Below, in pieces: positions 48,640 to 60,362 of a stretch of 64,000 bases of DNA. Position 1 is the first letter of the stretch, and every line of letters starts with the position of its first letter. Source of the DNA: Oopsacas minuta (taxonomy: Eukaryota > Animalia > Porifera). Made by a program: the position numbers and the translations under genes. The stretch is from the NCBI GenBank assembly GCA_024704765.1, contig JAKMXF010000133.1:750364-814363 (forward strand). Reading direction: 5' to 3'. Below the pieces are notes generated by a model, which made no database searches, had not been told where the DNA came from, and saw only the letters and a program-made list of their open reading frames with translations.

Positions 48640-49674
48640 CCGATCAATCTTAAACCCAACTTGAAGTGGAGGGGTAGAAGAATGATTTTTCTCTAGGAAC
48701 CAATGGTTCATACAGAATGTTTGCTTCTCCAACTGTTAAATCAGTTCTCAAGGGCCATACTTTATTCACCCAATGATCTTTGCAGGCTCTGCTGTCCCAT
48801 AAACATATAAAACAGGGGTACTAATTGTATCCACCTTGTTTGCCAAGTAGAAAGTTTACCATCTTGAGATCAACACATATCAACGACTGTTGTTCATGAT
48901 ATTTCAATTTTTGCAATACCATTTAAATATTTTCATACTCCTCCTTAAGCTTTTTTGAATGTCCAATTGGAATAGATGCATATTTATTTCCATTATGCAA
49001 TAAAACGCACTTCGAGCTTCTCTTGGAACTATCAATGAATAGACGCCAATCTTCTGGTCTATATTGTGGTGCTCCCATTTCCAGGAGAAGTCTTCCAATG
49101 TCATTGCAGAAGACGAGGCCTTCTTGTTGGCTAAAGTAATGAATGTATCCTTCTTCTCTATGACGATAATATGCTATCTTAGTTCCAGGGCTAAGAATAT
49201 TCTTCTCGTTGAGCTTGGATGCAATATTTCTGAACACTCTTTAGACAGGTTGAGGTCCCTGATTAGATCATTGAGCTCTTCCTGATTGAATTGACCAGAT
49301 AATGAAGAGCTGTCTTGGTCTCCAAGCTTCACCTCAAAGTAAGCCTTTCGCACGAAGTTTGAGAGACCTCTTCTCTGATCTTTCAACGTATATTCACCAC
49401 ACATGCAACAGAACGTATTAGGATCATTAGAACATTTTCTTCTTGATGATGCCATAGAGTTAGAATATGCTAGATACTTATAATTATAAAACTATTGATT
49501 AAATTGAATATACATTTGAAAAGGTAACTAACAATATATACATAAATGTAGACTAAAATCAAGAGCCAATCCAGCAAAGCCGATGTCATTTTCGAACTCA
49601 GCACAGCAAATATAGTCTAAATTCAATCTCAAATCTTAGGCAACAGGAACAAAAATATTATTTGTTGGCCTGTG
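48640..49674 (-). mobile_element. Chapaev (Chapaev3-like) transposon relic, 5' end plus decayed transposase
   Basis: Terminus CACAGGCCAACAAAT at 49674. MASSRRKCSNDPNTFCCMCGEY..VKLGDQD (Chapa N-terminus, then internal deletion), FNQEELNDLIRDLNLSKE, DWRLFIDSSKRS-KCVLLHNGNKYASIPIGHS, CVDLKMVNFLLGKQGGY*YPCFICLWDSRA, EPLVPREK-IILLPLHFKLGL. Confidence 0.88.
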
Positions 49675-50224
49675 TTATGAGCTATTATTAACCTGTGGTG
49701 GATTGTTGAATTGCTAATATGATATTGTATTTTTACTACAATGTTTGCTCTTGATTACATATAGCAGTGTTTCTCAAGCTGGAGTCCATGATCCTAGAGT
49801 GTCCGAAACCCCAGTCCCAGACCTGGGGGTCCCGATCTCATAAAATTGACCAAAGCGGGTACGCGAGTGAAAAAATGTTGAGACTACTCACATGTAGTAC
49901 TAATCAATGAAATTCGGTTAGTACGCCTTTTCAGGTCGCTCAGGCGTTACAAAATGCAATAATTCTTTATACAGTATTAGAGTCCGCTTATCAACAATTC
50001 GTATAATTTCACTCTCTATAGAGGTAACCTCTTCAGAACAGGTTAAAGGGGCGCAAAGAAATTTGAATGAATTTCAGATCAAAAAGCAATAGAGAATGAA
50101 AGAGTTTCAGATTAAAAGGTTACTAAAACAATGAAACATGAATAAAGAAAAAATTGAATTCGCCAAGCTCATAATACAAAAGACGATCATGTACAATTAA
50201 CCCCCTTCGTGTAGTGGTTAAATT

Positions 50225-50608
50225 TAGGGCATGAGGATCGAACGATCATTGATCGCTCGATCACGATCGAGATACTTTTTTGACGATCTGGGGACGATCG
50301 GCGATCATTGTTTTATTCAGGATCGGATGTAAGATCGCGATCCATTTTTGCACAAAAATTTTGGATCATTTTTGTATACTTTGAATGCTACTATCGTTAG
50401 CGGTATTTTACTTAGGTTATTGTTCCAAATTTGTGTTCAACAATCAGTAATATTCGTTCGTAGAATGCGTTGATTCTCCACCTAAGTTTCTTTTGGCATA
50501 AGAAATGATGTAACTATCAAAAATATGTCTTGAATATTACACAAACGATCGGAAAAATGATCGAGATCGGGATCGCGATCTTGTTTAACACGATCGACTA
50601 ATGCCTTA
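50225..50608. mobile_element. hAT-like MITE rich in GATC/CGATCG motifs
   Basis: TAGGGCATG.. / ..AATGCCTTA termini; flanks gttaaatt / gttaaacg (6/8). Confidence 0.55.
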
Positions 50609-50614
50609 GTTAAA

Positions 50615-51990
50615 CGTATATGGACAATTAATAAACAAAAATAAACACAATCACATATTTCCCTAAAAGTAAACAAATATTTACAATATGTTATTTACAA
50701 TATCATAATCGGACTCAGGAGACTCGATTACCCCAGTATAGTCCTTGAAAGTATGAATCTACAACAATGTTAAAGTTTATTTACTTTATGTACCTATAAG
50801 TTAACAAAAATTCGCAATATGTTATTTACAATATCATAATCGGACTCAGGAGACTCGATTACCCCAGTATAGCCTTTGAAAGCATGATTCTGCCACAATC
50901 TAAAATGTGTTTACTTTATGCATCGAAAGTAAACAGATATTAACCATATGTTACTAGAAACTGCTGGAAACTGCTAGAAACTGCTATAAAGCGCTAGAAA
51001 CTGCTAGAAACTGCTAGAAACTGCTGGAAACAATTGGAAACTGTGCGAAACTGTGGGAAACTGGACGAAACTGTGCGAAACTGCTGGAAACTGTGGGAAA
51101 CGGTGCGAAACTGCGCGAAACTGTGCGAAACTGTGCGAAACTGCTGGAAACTGTGCGAAACTGTGGGAAACTGTGCGTAACTGTGGGAAACTGGGCGAAA
51201 CTGTGCGAAACTACTGGAAATTGGGCGAAACTGCTGGAAACTACTGGAAACTGCTGGAAACTGTGGGAAACTGCTGGAAACTACTGGAAACTGCTGGAAA
51301 CTGTGGAAACTGCTGGAAACTGCTGGAAACTGTGGAAACTGCTGGAAACTGTGCGAAACTGCTGGAAACTGTAGGAAACTGTGCGAAACTGCTGGAAATT
51401 TTAAGACATTGATAACTTCACTAAATTTCTCGAATATGCTGAATCCAACTTTCACACTTTGGATTAATCATATGTAAATTTATTTTTGTTTTTATGAGAT
51501 TATGCTCAACAAATTCTCCACTTCTCAAAATATGCGTACAGCTTGCTCTAAACGGCTATCCAGGGGTATCTCAGTACGCTGAATCCGAATTTGGCGTTTT
51601 CAAGTTTCTCATATGTAAATTTATTGTTGTTTTTATGAATATACAGTAAACAAATTTCCAAATTGTGGTAGATTCATGCTTTCAACGACTATCCTGGGGT
51701 ATTCAAGTATGCTGAGTCCGAATATGATATTGTACATAACATATTGTGAATATTTGTTTACTTTTAGGAACATAAAGTAAACAAATTTTAACAATGTGGT
51801 AGATTCATACTTTCAAAGACTACCCTGGCGTTCTCGAGTATGCTGAGTTCGAATATGGCAATGTTTGCTTTGTTTGTCCGTTGATATGCAAATTTATTGT
51901 TGTTTAAATGAATATAAAGTAAGCAATTTCGCAAATTTTCGTAGGTACTCGCTCTCAACGGCTTCAAAGGGGGTTGACCTTACAAAATAT
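50615..51990. repeat. Composite: inverted arrays of ~130-140-bp units flanking a central minisatellite
   Basis: Left units (ggactcagga at ~50712 and ~50842) are the reverse complement of four right units ((a/c)gctga(a/g)t(c/t)c at ~51436, 51577, 51709, 51840). Confidence 0.75.
50953..51398. repeat. 9-10-bp minisatellite (GAAACTGYKS-like), about 45 units
   Basis: Tandem ctgctggaaa / ctgtgcgaaa / ctgtgggaaa / ctgtggaaa variants. Confidence 0.95.
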
Positions 51991-52858
51991 TTCAATAATA
52001 TATACGTATATTTGTGAATTACATTGTTCTATATATCTATATTATAATACTGAAAGGGGCCGCCTATTTGGAGAATGGATACCTTGAGGCGCAATGCCCC
52101 GAGTTCATCGCGAAGCGACGAGCCAAAGGCTCGTATAAAAGAGAATGAAAGCAACAAGTAGCATTATATACGCGTCAAATATAGTAACAATGGTAAGACA
52201 AGGAATGTGCACGAAGAACCCGGAGAAATATTTGATTGATACGAATAATAACCAAGGAAAACAAACCTTCGAAAGAATGCACCAGGCACTGTCATATTAC
52301 TAGGAATACATAAACGAGAAAACACGGAATCAAATACATGAACTTAAAAGAGTAGAACATCATCAAAAAGCATGATAAAGAACAAATGAAATACGGAAAG
52401 TAAACAAAGTTAACAATATGAAGATTTATAATACACTCGTTTTGAGTAAAATGCACAACACATCAATAAGCTGTTTAGTATTAGTACCTTTCAAGTAAGA
52501 TTGAACTGTAACCCTTTTCGGGTACAATTTACCTCTCTCATGGACAATTGATCTCTTTCGTGTACAATTAACATCTCTAGTCTACTATCATCCCTTTTCG
52601 TGTACAATTAATGTTTATAATTTTTTCTTTCTTATATTTCTTATTCATTTAATTTCTTTATTCCTTTTCCTTCTATTTGATTCTAATTTTCATTTTAAAT
52701 TTAATTCATTCTTTTAAGCAACACAGAACAAATAAGTGCATATCACCCCTAATAATCACGATACGATAATATAAGCAAGAAGATAATAGGTTGATATAAT
52801 AAGTGATTTAGATGCTCAGATACAATTAGAATAATAAGTTCCACAACCGATTACTATC

Positions 52859-53518
52859 TCAGTTGCTGATTACCTTAGCTCCAACCCATTTAGGGACAGA
52901 TACGGGAACATAATCATCAGCATCCTCATTCTCAGGAGGAGGCTGCTCTTCTAGCACATATTGTCCCTCCTGTCTGCTATCATTCTGTTCGAATGAGTAC
53001 ACAGCTTGTCCTTGTGGTTGATCCTGCAGGAAGGTGGCTTGCAGTGTGATACCGTTAGTATGCACTAATCTCCCCTCCCCTTCTCTCCTACCGTTAGCCC
53101 AAGCACCCTCATATCTGCTCTTAGTATCATTCCAAGTATATACACCCTGTCCGTGTCTCTTGTCGTCAAACCATTCACCTTCAAATATATCCCCATTTGT
53201 ATAGGTGTATAAACCGGACCCATGGCGCTTGTTCTCTACCCATGACCCTTCGTATTTGGACCCGTCAGGGTAGATGAAAGTACCTTGTCCATGCTTCTTG
53301 TTTTCTACATATTCACCGTCGTATCGAGCCCCATTCTTGAACCTGTACTTACCCAATCCGTGACGCTTACCAAACTGGTATTTACCTTCAAAAGAGTCCT
53401 TGTTTGAAAATGTTGCTTTTCCATGTCCGTGTCTTTCATCTTTCTCATTTCTCTCCCCTTCGTAGCTGCCTAAGTCAGGCTCTTGATCCTCAATCGCATC
53501 AGATTCGTCTTCAGACAT
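52859..53518 (-). CDS. RSPH1: Radial spoke head 1 homolog (MORN repeats), single ORF
   Basis: DLGSYEGERNEKDERHGHG..YQFGKRHGLGKYRFKNGARYDGEYVENKKHGQGTFIYPDGSKYEG..VPKW matches RSPH1 along its length. Confidence 0.92.
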   Translation of the reverse strand: MSEDESDAIEDQEPDLGSYEGERNEKDERHGHGKATFSNKDSFEGKYQFGKRHGLGKYRFKNGARYDGEYVENKKHGQGTFIYPDGSKYEGSWVENKRHGSGLYTYTNGDIFEGEWFDDKRHGQGVYTWNDTKSRYEGAWANGRREGEGRLVHTNGITLQATFLQDQPQGQAVYSFEQNDSRQEGQYVLEEQPPPENEDADDYVPVSVPKWVGAKVISN

Positions 53519-54021
53519 TCCAAAAGCTTAGTTTAGCAACGAAACTAAATTCGTAATAATTAGTAAACTGATTTATAAAATCAAAGTTCCGAAAAAAAAA
53601 TGGGCCAAAACCTAAGCCAATGGAGGATCCAGGGTGATGGATACCCTAACACCTCCTAAATATTTTACACTATCTGGAATCATTGTGATATTGAATGCAT
53701 TGAAATTTTGGCTCAAATTACAAACAGTAACATTACGGCTCACATCTACCTAATCTCATATAATATCCCCAATATCCCAGGTATTGGGGATTGATCTACG
53801 ATCGGACGGTGCTGGGGCAGTAATAATAGATTTATCTTCATGCCTTCTCCCACGCCAATTTCTAGAAATCAAATCATGGATGATAACAAGTAATCTATTT
53901 TACATGACCTCATGGGTTTATTACATAAATCACGCCTTATGATACTTAGCAAAATATATGTACAGAAATGTTAAAATAAATATTTAAACACATACATTGA
54001 CATCTCGTCTTGAAAATAGCA

Positions 54022-55923
54022 CTAGTTAGAATCAGTCTCCACACCACTAACACTCTCCAGTTCATCTAGAAGAGGACCATCAGATCGCCTCCAGTGTATT
54101 GTTGGGGAAAATTTCTGAGGCCAAATTTTCATAAAGATTACTGGAATAGTTCTCCATTTGAATTTATAACAGAAGAATATGGGTATAGGTAATAGGGTAG
54201 ATAGAGTTATCAAAGATCCTAAGAAAGAAGCCCAGACTGGATAAGGAGTTTTGATTTCAGTTAAGTTCGAGAATCGAGTGTACTCGATATTGGAGAGGAT
54301 TTGAGAAATACAACTCCCAACAAATACTACCATCATTATTATCGGACAAATAACTATCCACAAACTTCTCCATAGCCAGAGAGAAAATAATCTAAAACGC
54401 CGATTATTCCTGAGAGATTTAAAACATTGCCTTCCAGTAGGTTTGTAATCTATACTCCTCCAAGTAATCAACTTTTCTACTCCATAAAACCAGCTGATTG
54501 CTATCAATTCAAAGAACGCTACTAGAAATATAGAAAATGAACCAGAAAATTGATCAACGAGTTGGAATAGATAAGGGCCATTTCCAAAAGTGAATATACA
54601 TCCCACAAGGAACATTAGAATACATATCAGACCAGTAATCAAACTCTTGTGTAGCTTCTTGAGATAAGGTAAGGAGTGTGCAACTTGGACTAGGGATTCA
54701 ACACCTGCGAACATTGAATCCAACCCTAGAGACACCATCATGATAAAGAATAGAACACTCCATAGAGGGCTCAGAGGCATCTCAAGAAGAGCAGAAGCAA
54801 ATGCAATAAAAACCAATCCTGGACCTCCCACGATATCACTCACACTCGTACCTAAGATAAAGCTCTGATACCCGAGGATACTGAACACTACAATACTAGC
54901 GTAAATAGAGGTTAGAGAGTTTACGATTGAGACGAATATAGCGTCTAAAAACACACTAGCATTCTGGTCCAGATGTGAGGCTAAGAGGATGTTACCACCG
55001 AATCCCAGACCCAAACTGAAGAATATCTGTCCTCCAGCCTCCAGCCACACCTGTGGGGAGTATAGACTCTCTATTCGAGGTGTGAAGAGTTCCAACAATC
55101 CATTCCCTGCCCCCGGTAGAGTTACGGCCCTAAAGAACATTATAGTGAGTACAACATATGGTAACAGAGCTGTGACGTAGACTACTTTACCAGTAGACTT
55201 GATACCTGCGAAACTACAGATATATAATACTATCCAAGCAGTTAACAAAAGCAGTAGAAGTTTCCAGTTGAAACTACCAATATCCTCAATACTGGGACTA
55301 GCCTGTAAAACAGTGAGATAATAGAAGAATCTAGAAGATTCATTGAGACATGTCTGTGAAGCTATTGGTAGCAGCTGTCTAGATATAGAGTCATTTACTC
55401 CACAGAATGTGCTGCCCCAAGCAGGAGGGTTCTGGAAACTAGCGAACAGATAGTAGAGAACATATGCTAATATAAGCATGTAATAAAATGACGTGTATAT
55501 TATTAGAACAATCATAGACAAGCCGATACCACCTAGAGAGGGGACGAGTCGATAGAGGGCGTGAAGAGGACCTGACTGGACTACTTTACCTACTAACAAC
55601 TCAAGATAATAGATCGGAATTCCTAACGTCAATAGCATCACTAGGTAAGGGAAGAGAAAAGTCCCGCCCCCGTTTTTTTGGCATAAATAAGAAAAGCGCC
55701 ATAAATTCCCAAAACCAACAGCTAATCCGATAAGAGAGAGCTGGAATTCTACACGGTTAGACCAACGATCTTTCTTAGCTCTGGGAGTTATTTTATTAGC
55801 ATCAGTTTTAACTGAAACATTCACATCTTCATCCCCAGTTGAATCGCTACCTAGCTCAGGGTATAGATCTTTACTGGAGAGTTTGGTATCCGTTTCTTCT
55901 CCAGCAGGAGGCACTTTTTCCAT
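54022..55923 (-). CDS. SLC6 Na+-dependent transporter, amino-acid (SLC6A15-20-like) branch, single ORF
   Basis: WSNRVEF..GLAVGFGNLWRFSYLCQKNGGGTF, GIKSTGKVVYVTALLPYVVL, VWLEAGGQIFFSLGLGFG, GPGLVFIAF, LGLDSMF; 12-TM pattern; Gly at the position of the monoamine-transporter Asp. Confidence 0.93.
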   Translation of the reverse strand: MEKVPPAGEETDTKLSSKDLYPELGSDSTGDEDVNVSVKTDANKITPRAKKDRWSNRVEFQLSLIGLAVGFGNLWRFSYLCQKNGGGTFLFPYLVMLLTLGIPIYYLELLVGKVVQSGPLHALYRLVPSLGGIGLSMIVLIIYTSFYYMLILAYVLYYLFASFQNPPAWGSTFCGVNDSISRQLLPIASQTCLNESSRFFYYLTVLQASPSIEDIGSFNWKLLLLLLTAWIVLYICSFAGIKSTGKVVYVTALLPYVVLTIMFFRAVTLPGAGNGLLELFTPRIESLYSPQVWLEAGGQIFFSLGLGFGGNILLASHLDQNASVFLDAIFVSIVNSLTSIYASIVVFSILGYQSFILGTSVSDIVGGPGLVFIAFASALLEMPLSPLWSVLFFIMMVSLGLDSMFAGVESLVQVAHSLPYLKKLHKSLITGLICILMFLVGCIFTFGNGPYLFQLVDQFSGSFSIFLVAFFELIAISWFYGVEKLITWRSIDYKPTGRQCFKSLRNNRRFRLFSLWLWRSLWIVICPIIMMVVFVGSCISQILSNIEYTRFSNLTEIKTPYPVWASFLGSLITLSTLLPIPIFFCYKFKWRTIPVIFMKIWPQKFSPTIHWRRSDGPLLDELESVSGVETDSN

Positions 55924-56223
55924 TTGACGTATCTGACAAAAGATATTAGCATTCTGAAAGGCATTTCATGTCAATTCACTGAGTCAATATTGTCTCAGAA
56001 TCATTCGAAAATTTGTACATTACAGAGTCTATCTTTTAAGAAAATTTAACAAAACTTTTAGCACTCAAGCGCTTCATGAAGCTAAGTTATTACGCTTACA
56101 TATTCCCTTTGTTAAAACTATTGAATTTTTTAACTACACAACTAGTAAAATGTGGATTGCACACTCTGTGACCAAAGAATTATCCATAAATTGGGAAAAT
56201 ACAAATAAAAACTTTCTGATTAA

Positions 56224-56431
56224 GTAAACTGCATGTACCTGTTCAAGACGAGTGTCATTGGACTTAAGAGATCCTCTCCCGAGGTATTAAAAAGTCGAGT
56301 ACGCATGCTCACAGAGTCCACGTCACGATTACAACGATCGAAGAAATAAAGTCGAATTTTTAATACCTCGGGAGGGAGGGGATCTCCTATGTCCAATGAC
56401 ACAAGTCTTGAACACGTACATGCAGTTTAAC
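56224..56431. mobile_element. PIF/Harbinger-like MITE with ~75-bp TIRs
   Basis: taa|G-TAAACTGCATGTACCTGTTCAAGAC.. and ..GTCTTGAACACGTACATGCAGTTTAAC|taa (TAA TSD). Confidence 0.7.
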
Positions 56432-57289
56432 TAATGGACATGTCCACTGTACTCCTTACCCGGAATTACTCCTTAACCGTGTCGTATTAACGAGACTCTA
56501 TTGATATATATGTTTGTATGTCCAGAATTGATTGAAGCTGGAGGACCCACAGGGCTGATTTTTGGCATACAAGGGTATTTTGGCCTGGCTGGGGCAACTT
56601 CGAGTCTTGAATGAATATTCACACCATGACAAAATTATGACGTCATTGTCACCTTTTGGGTTTTCGAAAAATCACATTATTCACCACTACCCAGCCAATA
56701 TACATGATAGAAATTTGAATCTCAGGTACCCCTCAATGTGACAAATGTCCTGGCGTTATGATTCTGACCAAAAGCTAACTCATCACGGGATTATTACGTC
56801 ATTATGATTGTATTTCGAAAAATTCAGAATTTCTTAATACCCGAGGCACAAAGTGCCGAGATTACTAACAAAAAGCGACATAACAACTCCAGTGTCACCA
56901 CAGAAGGCCAGTGAATGTAATTTGGATGGACCATGGATAATAAAATCGAACTATCAGTATCCCATTTGATTACCCCTGACAAAAAGTTGGAACGAAATCT
57001 CTAGCATCATGTTGAAATAGATCCAAGAGGTGTGAAAAATATGATAAATCTTGTGAAAATCTGTGAATTAGTAACTTCCAGACTCTCAAAATCTCAAAAT
57101 CGGACTCTATGCACCCACCCTGAAAAACATGTTGAAGCCTAATATCTTGATGTTTTTTAATCATATTTAGAAAGGTGTGATAATATGATTTACCACAAAA
57201 ATGCGAGAAAATTTCGAAAATTTTTACCCAAGGTGCACATCTACGACCCATAATGTACTATATGTGTAACAATTTCATGTTAATCAGAC

Positions 57290-57384
57290 TGCTAGATTTC
57301 GCACGGGCGGACAAATGGACGTCGCACTTGTCCATGCCATTAGGGCTGCGTCCGTCCTTCCGCGATGCCGTGCGAAATCTAGCA
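57290..57384. repeat. GC-rich short inverted-repeat element
   Basis: 17-bp perfect inverted repeat tgctagatttcgcacgg..ccgtgcgaaatctagca. Confidence 0.6.
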
Positions 57385-57526
57385 ATGCGATAGAAAATTA
57401 AAATTTATATACATTTTGGGTCGGAGATTTGTCATCTCAGGTGTGAATGGTTCTAAAGTGAAATTTTTATATCGCATATGAAGATTCCAATTTTGATATT
57501 TTCAAATCTATATCTACATGATTTTT

Positions 57527-58509
57527 ATGAGTGTGAAGTTGGCAGCGAAATAAATCGAGCACACTTTAACACGTTATAATTATGTGACCAATGAATCTAA
57601 AGAGATGCCACTTAGACTATATCAATACTAGCCTAGGAGGTTTATGTCATATTAATATCAACTCATTCTGACACCTCGGTGACTAACGGTGACGTTGCAA
57701 AAAATGGAAATTTTTTGCAAAATTTGGAAGAGTCTAAATTTATCAAGAAGTCATTGAATGACCCGCACTCATACAATCCTACATCCTCTGATTTGAATCA
57801 CAAAGTTTAATCGGGGAGGAATATAATATTGAAATGAACATCCTATTGTGTTAGCGTATTTAATAATTATATATCTGTAGATATGATGGATCGAGTAGGG
57901 TCGTGGGGAACTGATCTAGAACTGTTTCTAGCAGCCCAACTCCTCAAAACCGACATATTCCTATTTAAAGATATTGATCGTTGTTGGAACAAATTTTAGG
58001 CTATGGATTCAACGACAGACACAATGTGCATCCATTAACTGACAAGAGGTTGTATTTGCGTTTATATTTCAGTCATTTCCAAACCAGTTACAAAAGTAAA
58101 TACAATGGAGAGCCTGATAACTGATAGTTATGTTGAAGAAATTGACAAAGCACAATGATATACAAAGAAAGAAAAGAAATAGTTAAGTATAGAGATTAGA
58201 TTCAAGTAGCGAATTACAGCAAAATTTAGTTAGATCTATTAGATATACGTATACTAGATTGTATAGACAAGATTAAGTGCTGGTAAAGTACTAGTGGTAA
58301 CTCCATCACTATTAGACTACTGGTGTGATTGTAGGGAAGAAAACTGAACGATTACATCAAATATAATGTATATTAACATAACATAAACCTCCTAGGGTAG
58401 TATTGATATAGTTCAAATGGCATCTCTTTACCTATACTGGTCACATAATTGCATAATTATAATGTGATAAAGTGTGCTCGAATTAATTCGCTGCCAACTT
58501 CACACTCAT
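57527..58509 (+). mobile_element. ~980-bp TIR element (~130-bp TIRs) carrying a decayed OTU-like protease fragment
   Basis: atgagtgtgaagttggcagcgaa..cctaggaggtttatgt mirrored at ~58375-58509. Internal 57883-58098 reads MMDRVGSWGTDLELFLAAQLLKTDIFLF..WNKF-GYGF..LYLRLYFSHFQ-PVTKV. Confidence 0.7.
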
Positions 58510-58763
58510 GATTTATCCATAGCCTATGATTGATCATATTTTTACCACATACGACAAATAATTTATATTAGGTAGAAATATGACCGATATACCTGAGCTG
58601 CACTCCCAGTCTGTCGGCTGGACATTTTTAGCCAATAGTAGGAAAATATATCGGTAAATGAAGTTAGTGTTCTTAGAAGCGATTTTCTTATATCCGGCAT
58701 TTACTGAATCTGCTATCCGATGATATCTCTTAAAATTGATATCCCTGAGGGTTCGATATAGGG

Positions 58764-58954
58764 CAGGGTTTCATACAGGATTTTTTTACTGGGGGGAACG
58801 ATTGATCACACCCTATAAAGAACACTTTCCCATGTAAATATTATCCTGAATATTGTTACTGTTGTCATATTACTTAATGTTCAGTATTGATCTTCAGGAA
58901 TTCTGGGAGGACCGGCTGTGGGGAGGGGAATTCCAGGACGCACCCCCCTCTGTA
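58764..58954. mobile_element. hAT-like MITE family, copy 2
   Basis: Left TIR CAGGGTTTCATACAG; shared internal block with 23347-23467. Confidence 0.65.
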
Positions 58955-59165
58955 AAATAATAAATAAATAGGTATAATGCACAGCTACTTCATGTGTGTA
59001 ACATTAGATAAATGAAAACATAAATAACTTATAATAAATAGCACTGATTAACGTCAGACTATTCCAACAGAATATTGACGAAACTATAAACTCATAAGAA
59101 CGGGACGATTGGATAGGTTAGCATTACAAGCTCAATTGAAAGTGAAGGGAATTGGAATAGTAATA

Positions 59166-60362
59166 TTATATGCTTTGTCCACCGATCATAACCAGGCCAT
59201 TATGACGTAAGTTCTTGGTATGTTTGTGCGAGAAATCACGAGGACACGAATCTTCTTTACAGTAACCATTCATGTTCTCGATTAGGCCAAGAGGATCTAT
59301 CATTTTGCGTAGCATTGGGGAGAGCTGAGGGATCTTTTCGGCAAGTTTCGCGGCTTTCACATGTTTAGATAGATTATGTCGCACTGACCATTCTATTACA
59401 GTTTTACATACCTCTATGTCATTGCTGTTGCTAGCGTATACCAACACTGTCTCAAGGTAAATTATGTTAATCTTGCATTTTTTACATTTACCAAAACCAT
59501 CGCTCTTAGTGGCACTCTTAGAATGCACTCCTGTCACATAATTACTCATGCGCTTTAGGAATAGTTCTATAGGCATGTATTCGTTGCGGAACTTATCACA
59601 TTGAGTGAGTGAGAATTCAAACATGTAAGCCAGTTTGTTTGTAAGAGAGTCAATTTGTAGATAGTGTCCAGTCCATACCAAGTTGTAATACTCCTCCTTG
59701 CTAGCTCTCCACTTGGATTCACACTCCAATCTAGAAGGCAATTTCTCAGTGTACAGATAGTATAATATTGTGTAGAAGGATTCAGGGTGTTTCAGCTCCA
59801 GGTGTATGTCTTCATCACTGCCTTCTTTGAATTCACAGGTTAGCATTTTGTTGAAGTATAAACTTCTGTCAACTAATACGTTCTTATGCACGTAGTATGT
59901 GTACTCGTCTAGCCGGTTGATGACAATCTTAGCATCAGCAAGAAATGGGCTATCAATTAACAACTCACAGAGACTTGGATTTTTCTTCAGAAATTCAATA
60001 GAAACCTTACCTAACGGTCCGCCTATTCTAGCACAGATATTTTCTAGATTGAAGTTAATCGAGATTGAGTTCTTGTCTTCCTCGCAAATTTCATCTTCCC
60101 CCATGATGTGGTCACAATTGGAGGAGAAATTCACAGAAGAATCGTAATTGAAACTGGAATTCAAACTAGATATTGCAGTTTGAAATGACTTGAGATGTTG
60201 GAAAGCTTCAGCGGCTAACTTAAATTGAGAAGACATTGCAGTTTCTCCAGGGCTAGAAGGGATAAATGCGAACTGATTAGCTGCTGAGTTTGTGGAGAGG
60301 GACACAACTTGGGACATGTTGGTCATAGGGTCGGAGGGTCCAGATTGGTTTTTGGGATCCAT
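59166..60362 (-). CDS. BTB/POZ domain protein, single ORF
   Basis: FLADAKIVIN..YYVHKNVLVDRSLYFNKMLTCEFKEGSDEDIHL..PESFYTILYYLYTEKL..GHYLQIDSL. The ORF track starts at TTG 60365; the first ATG is at 60362. Confidence 0.85.
   Translation of the reverse strand: MDPKNQSGPSDPMTNMSQVVSLSTNSAANQFAFIPSSPGETAMSSQFKLAAEAFQHLKSFQTAISSLNSSFNYDSSVNFSSNCDHIMGEDEICEEDKNSISINFNLENICARIGGPLGKVSIEFLKKNPSLCELLIDSPFLADAKIVINRLDEYTYYVHKNVLVDRSLYFNKMLTCEFKEGSDEDIHLELKHPESFYTILYYLYTEKLPSRLECESKWRASKEEYYNLVWTGHYLQIDSLTNKLAYMFEFSLTQCDKFRNEYMPIELFLKRMSNYVTGVHSKSATKSDGFGKCKKCKINIIYLETVLVYASNSNDIEVCKTVIEWSVRHNLSKHVKAAKLAEKIPQLSPMLRKMIDPLGLIENMNGYCKEDSCPRDFSHKHTKNLRHNGLVMIGGQSI

Noticed and set aside
50994-51455. Three overlapping ORFs of 93-153 aa
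   Set aside because: They are translations of the 9-10-bp minisatellite, open in several frames on both strands.
50615-52611. CRISPR-like repeat arrays (135-bp units; 20-bp units at 52512-52611)
   Set aside because: Eukaryotic context, no unique spacers and no cas genes; these are tandem or transposon subrepeats.
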